DNA of 64,000 nt, taken from positions 3,008,001 through 3,072,000 of the forward strand of contig OZ243913.1 of NCBI GenBank assembly GCA_965213705.1. Reading direction: 5' to 3'. A program made the position numbers and the translations under genes. The DNA comes from Trueperaceae bacterium (lineage in GTDB: Bacteria; Deinococcota; Deinococci; Deinococcales; Trueperaceae). Every line of letters starts with the position of its first letter. Positions within the stretch are counted from its first letter, which is position 1. Shown here piece after piece: positions 1-8,777 of this stretch. The notes beneath the pieces are model-generated. The model was not told where the DNA came from and ran no database searches. It was given only the letters and a program-made list of their open reading frames with translations.

Positions 1-39
1 GGCACGTTCGAAGAGGGCTCGAGAGGTCGTTACGTTCAT
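1..39 (-). CDS. 5' end of a gene running off the window; N-terminus MNVTTSRALFERA resembles glutamate-1-semialdehyde 2,1-aminomutase (HemL)
   Basis: Minus-strand ATG at 39-37 opens a frame to the window edge. S-x-x-LF-x-x-A is the typical HemL N-terminus, but only 13 codons are visible. Confidence 0.4.
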   Translation of the reverse strand, partial: MNVTTSRALFERA

Positions 40-123
40 GGGTTCATGCTCGCACGTCCGGGAAAATCTAACAACGGTCTGCCTTACGGGAAAGCCCAAT
101 TCGGGTCTGTCGTTGCTGACAAT

Positions 124-157
124 CGACAGTGTACTTTTCAAGTGACGTACACTGTCG
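124..157. promoter_or_regulatory. 11-bp perfect inverted repeat carrying a TACACT -10-like box on each strand
   Basis: CGACAGTGTAC (124-134) and GTACACTGTCG (147-157) with a 12-nt spacer; TACACT at 148-153 (+) and 133-128 (-). Confidence 0.55.
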
Positions 158-161
158 GAGG

Positions 162-545
162 ATGTCCAAAGACTTCGATGGCTGGAACGAGCTTAAGAAA
201 CAACTTGACGCTCTGCCCCGTGCGCCTCGCTTCAGCGAACGGCAAGTATGGTGGTGCTCGATAGGTGTTAACGTAGGGCACGAGCAAGACGGCAAAAATG
301 AGTTTTATAACCGTCCGGTGGTGGTTTTGCGCAAGTTCAACCGGCAGTTGTTTCTCGGGCTTCCTCTATCTACTCGCGGCCCCGGCCCCTACCGTCACCC
401 ATTTACTTTCAAAAATCGGACTCAATACGCGCTCCTATCCCACCTGCGCCTTTACGACGCGCGGCGCTTTCAAAGTCGCCTGGGCGAACTGCCCGAAGAC
501 ACTTTCGATGAACTCAAAAAGGTTGTGAGAGAGCTTCTAAAGTAA
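162..545 (+). CDS. PemK/MazF-family toxin (endoribonuclease fold), no adjacent protein antitoxin
   Basis: MSKDFDGWNELKK...ERQVWWCSIGVNVGHEQDGK...RPVVVL...LPLST motifs. ATG at 162 lies 8 nt after TACACT; the ORF-track start at 129 looks too long. Confidence 0.85.
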   Translation: MSKDFDGWNELKKQLDALPRAPRFSERQVWWCSIGVNVGHEQDGKNEFYNRPVVVLRKFNRQLFLGLPLSTRGPGPYRHPFTFKNRTQYALLSHLRLYDARRFQSRLGELPEDTFDELKKVVRELLK

Positions 546-590
546 TCGACCCCGGATACTCCGGGGTCGTCGCGGCTAACGCCGATTTGT
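541..590 (-). ncRNA. candidate ~50-nt twin-hairpin small RNA convergent to the PemK toxin
   Basis: Hairpins CGGC-TAAC-GCCG (573-584) and CGACCCCGGA-TAC-TCCGGGGTCG (547-569), directly downstream of a minus-strand promoter. Confidence 0.5.
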
Positions 591-596
591 AGTTAC

Positions 597-624
597 AGTT
601 TAGCTCACTAGAGACTTTTGTCAA
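597..624 (-). promoter_or_regulatory. sigma70-type promoter TTGACA-N16-TAAACT pointing back at the toxin gene
   Basis: -35 TTGACA is the reverse complement of 619-624; -10 TAAACT is the reverse complement of 597-602. Confidence 0.6.
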
Positions 625-763
625 GTCGGCATGGCAACATAGTCGCACGTAAAACAGGTGAATTGCCTCTTTAACCACCTTAGTCGGGCAAAGCCGCTCG
701 AGGGCGGACAAGCGTAGCGCGGCTCCTCAAACCTGTTCAAAGCCCGACAGAGTAAGCTGAGGC

Positions 764-1663
764 ATGGAAACCATTCACTTTTTGCAGAGTTTTGCATCGC
801 CCGGTTTGAACGAGCTTATGCTGGCAATTACAAACCTCGGCTCAGAGCGGGCTTACATCGTGCTGCTGCTCATCGCTTATTTGGGCGTAGACGCTCGAGC
901 CGGGCGTTTTCTGGCGGTGGCGCTCTTAACGAGCTTTTACCTCAACTTTTTGCTCAAGGGAATCGTCGACACGCCGCGGCCTTACGTGCTCGAGCCTAGC
1001 GTGAGTTTGGGCGAGGCATACACAGCGACCGGCACCGGGCCGGGCTTTCCGAGCGGCCACGCGCAGGCGAGCACGACGTTTTGGGGTCTGGCCGCCCTTT
1101 ACGCGCGACGGAGTTGGTTTTGGGCGCTGGCGGTCGTCGTCGTCGTTTTGATTTCGCTGAGCCGCGTGTATTTGGGCTTGCACTTGCCCATCGACATCGT
1201 CGGCGGCGTGCTCATCGGCGGCGTCTTCGTGCTGCTGGCTTTTGCGCTGTTCCGGGGTCTCGAGACGCGCCGGGTGTCACCGTTCTTGACCGTCCTCCTC
1301 GGGGTTTTGGTGCCGCTGGCAGTTCACCTGCTGGTACCCTTGACCGCGCCCCAGCTCAGTTTCGCCGAGTCCGACCTGATTATGGGCGGTTTGGCGGCGT
1401 TCGTCAGCGGCCCGGCCCTGCACCCGTACCGCGCGCCGCGGGCGCTGTGGCGGCGGGTGGTCGTCACGCTGCTCGGTGTCGTTTTGGTGTTCGCGTTTTT
1501 GCTCGCCTCGAGCGCGTTACTACCCGAAGAACTAAAACGAGACCCCTTCGGCGGTTTTTTCAGGTACCTCGTTTTGGGTTACGTCGGCGTCCTCCTCACC
1601 CCCTGGCTCGGGCGCTCTCTGGGCCTCACGCCGCAACACGCGACCCCGGATGCGACGCCTTAA
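764..1663 (+). CDS. PAP2-family membrane phosphatase
   Basis: K-x6-RP, FPSGH and SRVYLGLH motifs; multiple TM helices. Confidence 0.9.
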   Translation: METIHFLQSFASPGLNELMLAITNLGSERAYIVLLLIAYLGVDARAGRFLAVALLTSFYLNFLLKGIVDTPRPYVLEPSVSLGEAYTATGTGPGFPSGHAQASTTFWGLAALYARRSWFWALAVVVVVLISLSRVYLGLHLPIDIVGGVLIGGVFVLLAFALFRGLETRRVSPFLTVLLGVLVPLAVHLLVPLTAPQLSFAESDLIMGGLAAFVSGPALHPYRAPRALWRRVVVTLLGVVLVFAFLLASSALLPEELKRDPFGGFFRYLVLGYVGVLLTPWLGRSLGLTPQHATPDATP

Positions 1664-2438
1664 ACTCACGCTCGAGTACGACGGGACGGACTTTTTCGGC
1701 TGGCAAGTCCAAGCGCGCACCGGCGAGCGGACCGTGCAGGGCGTGGTGCAAGAGGCTTGGGCGAAGCTGCCGGGCACGCACACCTCCCTGAAAGCCGCAG
1801 GCCGCACCGACGCGGGCGTTCACGCGCTGGCGATGGTGGCGCACCTGGACACCGACACGCCCGTCGAAGAAGCCGACCTGACCCGCGCCCTCAACGCGCA
1901 CCTGCCGCCCGATGTTCGCGTTTTGAACGTCGTCGGTGTAGCGCCGACGTTCGACGCGCAGTATGACTGTCGTTACCGCCGCTACCTCTACCGGTTGCGG
2001 TTCACCCAAAAAAACGCGGCAGGCGCAGCTTTGGACCGTCACCGGGTGCTGCACCTGTACCAGACCTTGGGTATTCCGGCGATGCAGCGGGCGGCGCATG
2101 ATTTCCAGGGCACGCGCGACTTCAGCGCGCTGGCGACTCAAGAAACGCGTTCGCGCGAGCGCACCGTGTACCTGTGCCGCCTCGACCACGACTCGACCGG
2201 CGACGGCCGCGACCTCACTTTGCACGTCGCGGCGGACGGTTTTCTGCGCGGCATGGTGCGCGCGGTCGTCGGCACGCTGTTAGAGGTCGGCACGGGCAGA
2301 CTAGACCCGGACGAGGTTTTAGCGGTGCTGGCTTCGAAAGACCGGGCTCGAGCCGGCAAAAATGTCCCGCCACACGGGCTGTACTTTGTCGAAGCGGGTT
2401 ATAAAGCGTGGGGGCTCGAGGACAGCTCCAAAGTTTGA
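1650..2438 (+). CDS. truA: tRNA pseudouridine(38-40) synthase
   Basis: LEYDGTDFFGWQ, AGRTDAGVHA, GFLRGMVR, PPHGLY. Confidence 0.96.
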   Translation: MRRLKLTLEYDGTDFFGWQVQARTGERTVQGVVQEAWAKLPGTHTSLKAAGRTDAGVHALAMVAHLDTDTPVEEADLTRALNAHLPPDVRVLNVVGVAPTFDAQYDCRYRRYLYRLRFTQKNAAGAALDRHRVLHLYQTLGIPAMQRAAHDFQGTRDFSALATQETRSRERTVYLCRLDHDSTGDGRDLTLHVAADGFLRGMVRAVVGTLLEVGTGRLDPDEVLAVLASKDRARAGKNVPPHGLYFVEAGYKAWGLEDSSKV

Positions 2439-2509
2439 GCCGCTTTTAACTCGGTGCTTTCGTAACCAACTTCCCACCCCCTCTTCTCACAAAATGCGAT
2501 ACTAGCGCG

Positions 2510-2989
2510 ATGTCCAGCCACTTCGAAGAAGGCAAAGCCGTGATGGTCGACGTGTCCGCCAAGGCGGAGACGGTGCGGCAGGCGGTCGCCGAGGCGGTCG
2601 TGAACTTGCCGGAGGCAGCGTTGCGCGCTTTGCAAGCGGGCAGCGCGAAGGGCGACGCCGTGGCAGTCGCCGAACTCGCCGGAATTATGGCGGCGAAGCG
2701 AACCGCCGAAATCATCCCGCTGTGCCACCCGCTGCCGCTGAGCAAAGTGAGCGTGCGCGGGACCGTGCAACCCGAGCAAAACAGCGTGCGCTTCGAAGCG
2801 CTCTGCAAAACGACCGCCAAAACCGGCGTCGAGATGGAGGCCTTGACCGCGGCCATGGTCGCCGCGCTGACGCTCTACGACATGCTCAAAAGCGTCAGCA
2901 AGGGCATCGTTATCGAGCAGGTAAGGTTACTCAGCAAAGAGGGGGGCAAGTCCGGGCCGTGGCAGAGCGAACCCACGCCAGACCCCTAA
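2510..2989 (+). CDS. moaC: cyclic pyranopterin monophosphate synthase
   Basis: [39 protein letters not shown]. Confidence 0.96.
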   Translation: MSSHFEEGKAVMVDVSAKAETVRQAVAEAVVNLPEAALRALQAGSAKGDAVAVAELAGIMAAKRTAEIIPLCHPLPLSKVSVRGTVQPEQNSVRFEALCKTTAKTGVEMEALTAAMVAALTLYDMLKSVSKGIVIEQVRLLSKEGGKSGPWQSEPTPDP

Positions 2990-3408
2990 CGCCCGACGAC
3001 GAGGCGGCGCTAGCTCCCATCGACGTGGCTTACGCCGCCAGGGTCAGCTTAGAGCCCGTCCTGAGCCGGGGCAGCGTGTCGTTTTACGCGCGCAGCGACC
3101 ACTCGTTCGTGGCCGTGCGCGCTGGCGACGTAACCGGCTTCGCCGTGGCGAGTGCCGTTTGGAACGGCACCCGGCCGACTGTGCAGGTGAGCCGCGTCGC
3201 GGTTGCAGAGCCTGAGGACGGGGCTTCGCTCGAGGCCCTGTTGGAGGCCGTCACCAAAAGCGCCTACGACGCCGCCGTTTACGACATCCAAGTACAGCAC
3301 CCGCAACGAGACGACGCGGGGCGGCAGGCCCTGCAGGCCAAAAGCTACAAACCAGCAGACATCACGCTTTTTGAACGCCGCTTAGGCTCGCGCGGCGGGG
3401 AAGGATAA
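2959..3408 (+). CDS. DUF1999-like GNAT-fold protein (Deinococcota)
   Basis: [21 protein letters not shown] and [12 protein letters not shown] motifs; GTG start at 2959 inferred. Confidence 0.7.
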   Translation: MAERTHARPLTPDDEAALAPIDVAYAARVSLEPVLSRGSVSFYARSDHSFVAVRAGDVTGFAVASAVWNGTRPTVQVSRVAVAEPEDGASLEALLEAVTKSAYDAAVYDIQVQHPQRDDAGRQALQAKSYKPADITLFERRLGSRGGEG

Positions 3409-3410
3409 CG

Positions 3411-3620
3411 ATGGCAAGGGTCATTCTCGGAGTACGCGGCATGAAAAGCCGCGAGGCGGCGGACAAGGTGCAAGAAACCTTGCTCGCCCTAGACGGCGTC
3501 GAAAGTGTCACCGCGGGCGTCGACCAGCAAGCGAGCGTCACCTACGACGACTCGACCGCCACCACGATGGACCTAATTCGCGCCCTGCGCAAACTGGGTT
3601 TTCAGGCGGGGATGGAGTAA
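3411..3620 (+). CDS. HMA/CopZ-like ferredoxin-fold small protein lacking CxxC
   Basis: VRGM...L.ALDGVESV...ASVTYD...LIRALRKLGF; GMKSREA replaces GMxCxxC. Confidence 0.75.
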   Translation: MARVILGVRGMKSREAADKVQETLLALDGVESVTAGVDQQASVTYDDSTATTMDLIRALRKLGFQAGME

Positions 3621-3819
3621 GTGGGGCAAGCCTAGAGTTGCTTGCTACCGACTCAGGTTAAGTAAACACTGAGGAAGTACCGAGGACCGAGTGGAAAGTA
3701 ACGAGTGGAAAGCGGTTTCTCCTTCTTTTCTCAGGACTATGCGTAGGCTGAATTACCAAACCAATGACCGACGATTCTCTTCCCCTTTTCTCCTTTCCCC
3801 TTTCGCCTGGGGCGACCCG

Positions 3820-4128
3820 GTGATTTACCTCGGCGTTTACGTGGCGGACTTAGAAATGCCGTGGGTGCGCAGCCTCAAAGAAAAGCGTTCCCTGGTGCGG
3901 CCCGTGACCGAAAAGCTCAAGACGAGGTTTCCCGTCTCGGTCGCGCGACTCGACGGCTTAAACGCCCACGACTGGGAGCGCATCGGCGCGGCGGCGCTGA
4001 GCCATGACCCCGAATGGTTGGAGGGGATGCTCAACAAAGTCCACGACTTCGTGAGTTCCCACGGCGACTTCCGGGTGCGGTTTTCGGACATCAATCTTGA
4101 GGTGTGGGATGTACCGGGCGACGAGTGA
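3820..4128 (+). CDS. DUF503 (YlxP-like) protein
   Basis: SLKEKRSLV...LKTRFPVSVA motif; GTG start at 3820 inferred. Confidence 0.8.
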   Translation: MIYLGVYVADLEMPWVRSLKEKRSLVRPVTEKLKTRFPVSVARLDGLNAHDWERIGAAALSHDPEWLEGMLNKVHDFVSSHGDFRVRFSDINLEVWDVPGDE

Positions 4129-4265
4129 CGAAACCCAACTCAAAAAAACAGTGACTGTACCGAAGTTGACGCGTGCCGGTATCGGTTTTGCGGTACACTT
4201 CGGCCTATAAGAACTGGTGTGGACACACTTTTTGGGCGCTGCCGAGGCAGCGCGAGGAGGCGGTT

Positions 4266-4733
4266 GTGGTCGACAAGGTAACCGCGCCCCCGGCGAGCGC
4301 CGAGCGGGCGGCAAAGAAAAGCGGTCGAGCGGGCGAGACGAAAACGCCCGACAGAAACCCGAGCGCCAAGAAGACGCCCGACCAACCGGTCCGAGACCGG
4401 GTCTCGGTCACGGACGAAGCGCTGGCGACGATTATCGGCTTGGCGGCGCACGAAGTGCCCGGCGTGGTCGGCATGGCCCCGGCGGGTCTGCGCGAGGGCA
4501 TCAAGCGCATTTTGGGCGTGGCGCAGGCCGACGAAGGCGTCGAGGTGACGCGCGCCGGCACGAGTGTAGAGACCGAAGCGGCCGTAGACCTGCACGTCGT
4601 GGTGGCCTACGGCGTGAACATCCCCGCGGTCGCCGACTCGGTCAAGGAGCGCGTGCTCTACGCGGCCAAGACCTACGCCGGCGTGACGCTCGACAAAGTC
4701 TGCGTCCACGTCGCCGGGGTCAGCCGTGGCTGA
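4266..4733 (+). CDS. Asp23/Gls24-family protein (YloU-like)
   Basis: IIGLAAHEVPGVVGM, VDLHVVVAYGVNI; GAGGAGG RBS before GTG 4266; sits upstream of the DAK2 gene. Confidence 0.85.
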   Translation: MVDKVTAPPASAERAAKKSGRAGETKTPDRNPSAKKTPDQPVRDRVSVTDEALATIIGLAAHEVPGVVGMAPAGLREGIKRILGVAQADEGVEVTRAGTSVETEAAVDLHVVVAYGVNIPAVADSVKERVLYAAKTYAGVTLDKVCVHVAGVSRG

Positions 4734-6330
4734 AGTCGCGACCCGCCAACCTAGCGCGCTCTCAGCCAAAGACCTCGTCAAGGCTTTCGTCTACGCGACC
4801 GACTGGCTGGGCGTGTACGTGGACGAGGTCAACGCGCTGAACGTCTACCCGGTGCCCGACGGCGACACGGGCACGAACATGCACCTCACCATGCAGTCGG
4901 TACGGCGGCAGTTGTTCGACGAAAACCCCAAGACGATGGCGGCCTTCGCGCACGCGCTGTCTTACGGGTCGCTGTTGGGGGCGCGGGGCAACTCGGGCGT
5001 GATTTTGTCACAAATCTTGAAGGGCTTCGCCGAATCCGCCAAGGAGCATTCAAGCCTGAGCGCCCCGCACCTTGTCCAAGCCCTGAAAGCCGCGACCAAG
5101 TCGGCTTACGCCGCCGTGATGAAGCCGGTCGAGGGGACGATTCTCACGGTTGTGCGCGCCGCGGCCGAGGGCGCGGAAAGCTTGGGCTCGAGCGCGCCGC
5201 TGCAAGTTTTGAAAGACGCGCTCCAAGCCGGGCAAGAGGCGCTCGAGCAAACCCCCGACCTGCTGCCTATGCTTAAACAGGCGGGCGTGGTGGACTCGGG
5301 CGGGTTGGGGTTTTTGCGGGTTTTAGAGGGCGTCATCGCCTCGTTCGAAGGCCGGGACCTGCCGCCGCCGCCCAAAATCGACCTGCGGGCGCAGACCGAG
5401 TTCGCCGAGGAAGAGTTCGGCTTCTGCACCGAGTTTTTGCTCTCGGACGTCACGGTGCCGACCTCGGAAATTCAAGACCTCGTCGCACCCTTCGGCGACT
5501 CGCTCCTCGTCGTCGGGGCTGAGGGTTTCGTCAAAGGCCATATCCACACCGAAGACCCCGAACGGCTCTTAGCCACGGTCGCCCGCTACGGCCGCATGGT
5601 GCGCAGCAAAATCGAGGACATGAGCGAGCAGCATTCGGAGATTTTGGCGAACGTCGACCTGCAAGAGGCCGAAGCGCCCCAAGCGGCCCTCGTGGTCGTG
5701 AGCGACGGCTACGGCGTCACCAAGGTGTTCCGCAGCTTGAAAGCGCGGGTCGTGGGCGGCGGCCAGACGAACAACCCGTCGGTTCAAGACATCGCCGACG
5801 CGGTGCGCAGCGTCGCCGCGGAGCACGTCATCGTCATGCCGAACAACAAAAACATCGTTATGGCCGCCGAGCGCGTGGCCGAAATCGTCCCCGAAAAAAC
5901 CGTCCACGTGTTGCCGACCCGCACCCTCGGTCAGGGCCTCGCCGCGGCGGTGCTGTTCGACGAAAATACCGACCCCGAAGACTTGCTGGAAGCGATGAAC
6001 GAGGCCGCCGAACACGCCCTCACCCTGGAAGTCACGGTTGCGAGCCGCACCGCCACCATCGACGGCGTGAGCGTCACCGAGGGCGACTTTATCGGCCTCG
6101 TCAACGACAAACTGAGTTTGGCCGCCGCGTCGCCCGAGGCTTGTCTGGAAGGGCTGCTCAGACGAGTCGCCGCCGACTTTGAAGTCGCCACGCTCTTTTA
6201 CAGCAGCGCCGTCGGCGACGAGGCGGCCGCGACCTTGGTCGAGGCTTTGGGCGAGGCGTTCACTGAGTTGGACATCGACCTCCACGCGGGCGCGCCCGAC
6301 CTGTACCCTTACGTGATGGCCCTGGAGTAA
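4726..6330 (+). CDS. DAK2-domain protein, fatty acid kinase catalytic subunit FakA-like
   Basis: LNVYPVPDGDTGTNM, GARGNSGVILSQ, GVVDSGG, FCTEF, HIHT, GGQTNNPS. Confidence 0.92.
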   Translation: MAEVATRQPSALSAKDLVKAFVYATDWLGVYVDEVNALNVYPVPDGDTGTNMHLTMQSVRRQLFDENPKTMAAFAHALSYGSLLGARGNSGVILSQILKGFAESAKEHSSLSAPHLVQALKAATKSAYAAVMKPVEGTILTVVRAAAEGAESLGSSAPLQVLKDALQAGQEALEQTPDLLPMLKQAGVVDSGGLGFLRVLEGVIASFEGRDLPPPPKIDLRAQTEFAEEEFGFCTEFLLSDVTVPTSEIQDLVAPFGDSLLVVGAEGFVKGHIHTEDPERLLATVARYGRMVRSKIEDMSEQHSEILANVDLQEAEAPQAALVVVSDGYGVTKVFRSLKARVVGGGQTNNPSVQDIADAVRSVAAEHVIVMPNNKNIVMAAERVAEIVPEKTVHVLPTRTLGQGLAAAVLFDENTDPEDLLEAMNEAAEHALTLEVTVASRTATIDGVSVTEGDFIGLVNDKLSLAAASPEACLEGLLRRVAADFEVATLFYSSAVGDEAAATLVEALGEAFTELDIDLHAGAPDLYPYVMALE

Positions 6331-6513
6331 AGCTCGAGCGTTTTCGCTTTTACGGGCGCGGCGAGCGGCTCACCGGTTTTCCGAACTCGAGCCGGGCCGC
6401 TCACCATTTCAAGTTGCTTAGGCTGGACCTCGTTCTCTCCAGGCCGACGGCGGGCAAAAATCTTTTAAGAAATTCTCACCGCGCCGCGCCGCGCTTGGTC
6501 TACACTCGGGTCT

Positions 6514-7443
6514 ATGCGTTTACGCCTTGTTCTCCTGACGGGCTTGCTCTTGAACTTCGCCCTCGCCCAAGCCTGCTACCCCGAACTGCGCGGTGCATTC
6601 GCCGACGCAGGTCTTGAACAAGTTGCCAGCGGCGGCGACGCCGCCCATCTTTTGCGCGAGGCGGTCGACTTGCTCGAGCCCGTCCTGCCGCCCCTAGTGA
6701 ACGTCAACACGTTCGGTTTGCAACCCGGTAGCGAGGTTTACGACGACGCGACCTACGCAGACGCCGACTTTTTAGCGCAGCGCGGCTTGCTGCCCGCCGA
6801 GTGGCAGGCCGCCAGCCTGACGCAAGAAACTTGGCAAGCGATGGTCGACGGCCTCGCCGCCTGGTACGACCTCGAGCCGTTTACCGTCGGCCTGGACCTG
6901 ACCCGCGGCGCGCTGACAGAGACGCTGTCGGCGCTCATCGGCGCAGCGTCACCGCGCCTGAACCCGGTCGCGCTCGTCGCCACCGACCCTGCAAACCGGG
7001 ACCGAATCGCTTTTTGGGCCGTGATTCGCAGCGACTCGGTCTACCCGCGGCTCATCGCCTACCGACCGCCGGAAACCGGGGTGAGTTTGGCCGGCGGCGT
7101 CGGCGCGGTGTTGCCGCAGCTCGAGACGTGCGCCCTGCGCCTGGACAACTACGTCTCCGCTTCGGCGACGACCGCGCAGAAGTTGTTTTTGGCGACCAGC
7201 CAGGCGCGGATGTACGTGGCGACGACCGAGCCCCCGAACGCGTCCGGCTTTGTCGCGGTGCCGGTGGGCGAGGAAACCGACTACCTCACGTTCCAAAACG
7301 CCGCGCTCGAGCCCTACACGAGCTTTACCGCCTTGTTCGACGGGCCGAGCGTCGGTCCCGGCGCGCTGCTGCGCTTGCTGCCCCAGGTGCGCACCAACAT
7401 GAACCCGCGCGAGGTGTTGCGGCTCGTGCTGCCGCCTGACTAG
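6514..7443 (+). CDS. hypothetical exported protein
   Basis: N-terminal signal peptide (MRLRLVLLTGLLLNFALAQA); codon usage like flanking genes; TACACT 7 nt upstream. Confidence 0.7.
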   Translation: MRLRLVLLTGLLLNFALAQACYPELRGAFADAGLEQVASGGDAAHLLREAVDLLEPVLPPLVNVNTFGLQPGSEVYDDATYADADFLAQRGLLPAEWQAASLTQETWQAMVDGLAAWYDLEPFTVGLDLTRGALTETLSALIGAASPRLNPVALVATDPANRDRIAFWAVIRSDSVYPRLIAYRPPETGVSLAGGVGAVLPQLETCALRLDNYVSASATTAQKLFLATSQARMYVATTEPPNASGFVAVPVGEETDYLTFQNAALEPYTSFTALFDGPSVGPGALLRLLPQVRTNMNPREVLRLVLPPD

Positions 7444-7469
7444 AGCTCGATAGCTCGTGCTCGTGACGC

Positions 7470-8747
7470 TCAACCGACTTTTTCAGGCGTCTCACCTTTT
7501 TTACCGCGGTAGTTTGTTGCGACAAAGACGTAGCAAACGACCGAGGCGAGAAGCGCGATTCCGGCTACGCCCCAGGCCGTGCCGACCGAACTGCGTTCTG
7601 CGACGAAGCCCAGTCCGGCCGAGCCGACGAGACCGCCCGCCGAGAAAACGAGCGACTGAATCGACAACATGGACGACCGCCGCGCGGCCGGCACTTCGGC
7701 GTTGAAAAGGGCGGCGTGCGGCGAGTTGACGACACCGCGGCTGAAGTAGACGAGCCAAAAAAACGCGCTCGCCGTCACGGGTAAACTTTGCAGCGCGAGC
7801 AAAATCAGAAAGACGCCCTGCAGGGCTTGGAAAATGGCCGCGACGACGGCGTAGCGCTTTTTAAACCAGCGGCTCAGCGGAACCGAACAGAGGTTCCCCA
7901 CCATCGCCAGGCCGAAGCTGCCCGCCAACAACACGCCGAAAACGAAGCTGTTCGCCTCGCCTGACGACCCGCCCAGCAGCCGGGCGAAGTTTGGTTGCCA
8001 GAAGGTCTCGAGACTTACCAGCGCCAGCCCGCCCGCAAAAGTCGCGCCGAACAGCAGCAAAATGACCGGGTTGCGGCGGCTCAAATCAAAAGCTGTCGAG
8101 ACGACCTTCGGCAAGGCCCCAAAACCCGCGACCTCGTCACCGTAAGGACGCGACTCGCGCATAAAACTCAGCACGACCACAAAAGTGACGGCGAACATCA
8201 CCCCCGCTGCGACGAGCGTCGTCGAGAAGGGGGTCAACACGGCGCTGCCCTCGGCGGGAAGACCGCTGAAAAGCGTCGGCAAAAAGCCGCCCAGCAGTGT
8301 GCCGGCCGCCAAGGCGGACAGCTCGAACGTCCCCGCCTGGGCGAGCGCGGCTTGCACGTCCACCTCGGGGTCGGCGGACTGCAGACTGTCGATGAACCAC
8401 GCCTCGGGCGCGCCGGAAACGAGCGCCCGGCCGGTTCCGGCCAGGACGGCGAACAGCAAAAACGTGGGCAGCGAAAAGGCAAAAAGAACCACGACTTCCG
8501 AAGCCAGCGTGACGAGCAGGGCCAGCAGCGTGACGCGCTTGCGCCCGACCGCGTCGGCGAGGCCGCCGGTCGGCACCTCGAGCACTACAATCACCAGGCC
8601 GTAAACGCCAAAGACGATGCCGATGTCGGACAGCTCGAGCCCCCGCGCCTCGGCCAACAAAACCTGCACGGCGGCGGGCAAAACTGTCGCGAACCAGAAG
8701 AGTGAGACGATAGCGAAATAAGTCGTTTTGACGCGTCTGATACTCAT
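7470..8747 (-). CDS. MFS transporter
   Basis: LEVPTGGLADAVGRK motif A; ~12 TM helices. Confidence 0.92.
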   Translation of the reverse strand: MSIRRVKTTYFAIVSLFWFATVLPAAVQVLLAEARGLELSDIGIVFGVYGLVIVVLEVPTGGLADAVGRKRVTLLALLVTLASEVVVLFAFSLPTFLLFAVLAGTGRALVSGAPEAWFIDSLQSADPEVDVQAALAQAGTFELSALAAGTLLGGFLPTLFSGLPAEGSAVLTPFSTTLVAAGVMFAVTFVVVLSFMRESRPYGDEVAGFGALPKVVSTAFDLSRRNPVILLLFGATFAGGLALVSLETFWQPNFARLLGGSSGEANSFVFGVLLAGSFGLAMVGNLCSVPLSRWFKKRYAVVAAIFQALQGVFLILLALQSLPVTASAFFWLVYFSRGVVNSPHAALFNAEVPAARRSSMLSIQSLVFSAGGLVGSAGLGFVAERSSVGTAWGVAGIALLASVVCYVFVATNYRGKKGETPEKVG

Positions 8748-8777
8748 ATTCCGAGTGTCGGTGCTACGCTACTTGAA

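Noticed and set aside
46..295. Short ORFs 46-264 (+) and 68-295 (-) as a protein antitoxin for the PemK toxin
   Set aside because: Both overlap the toxin extensively, have no AbrB/RHH-like features and lack translation signals.
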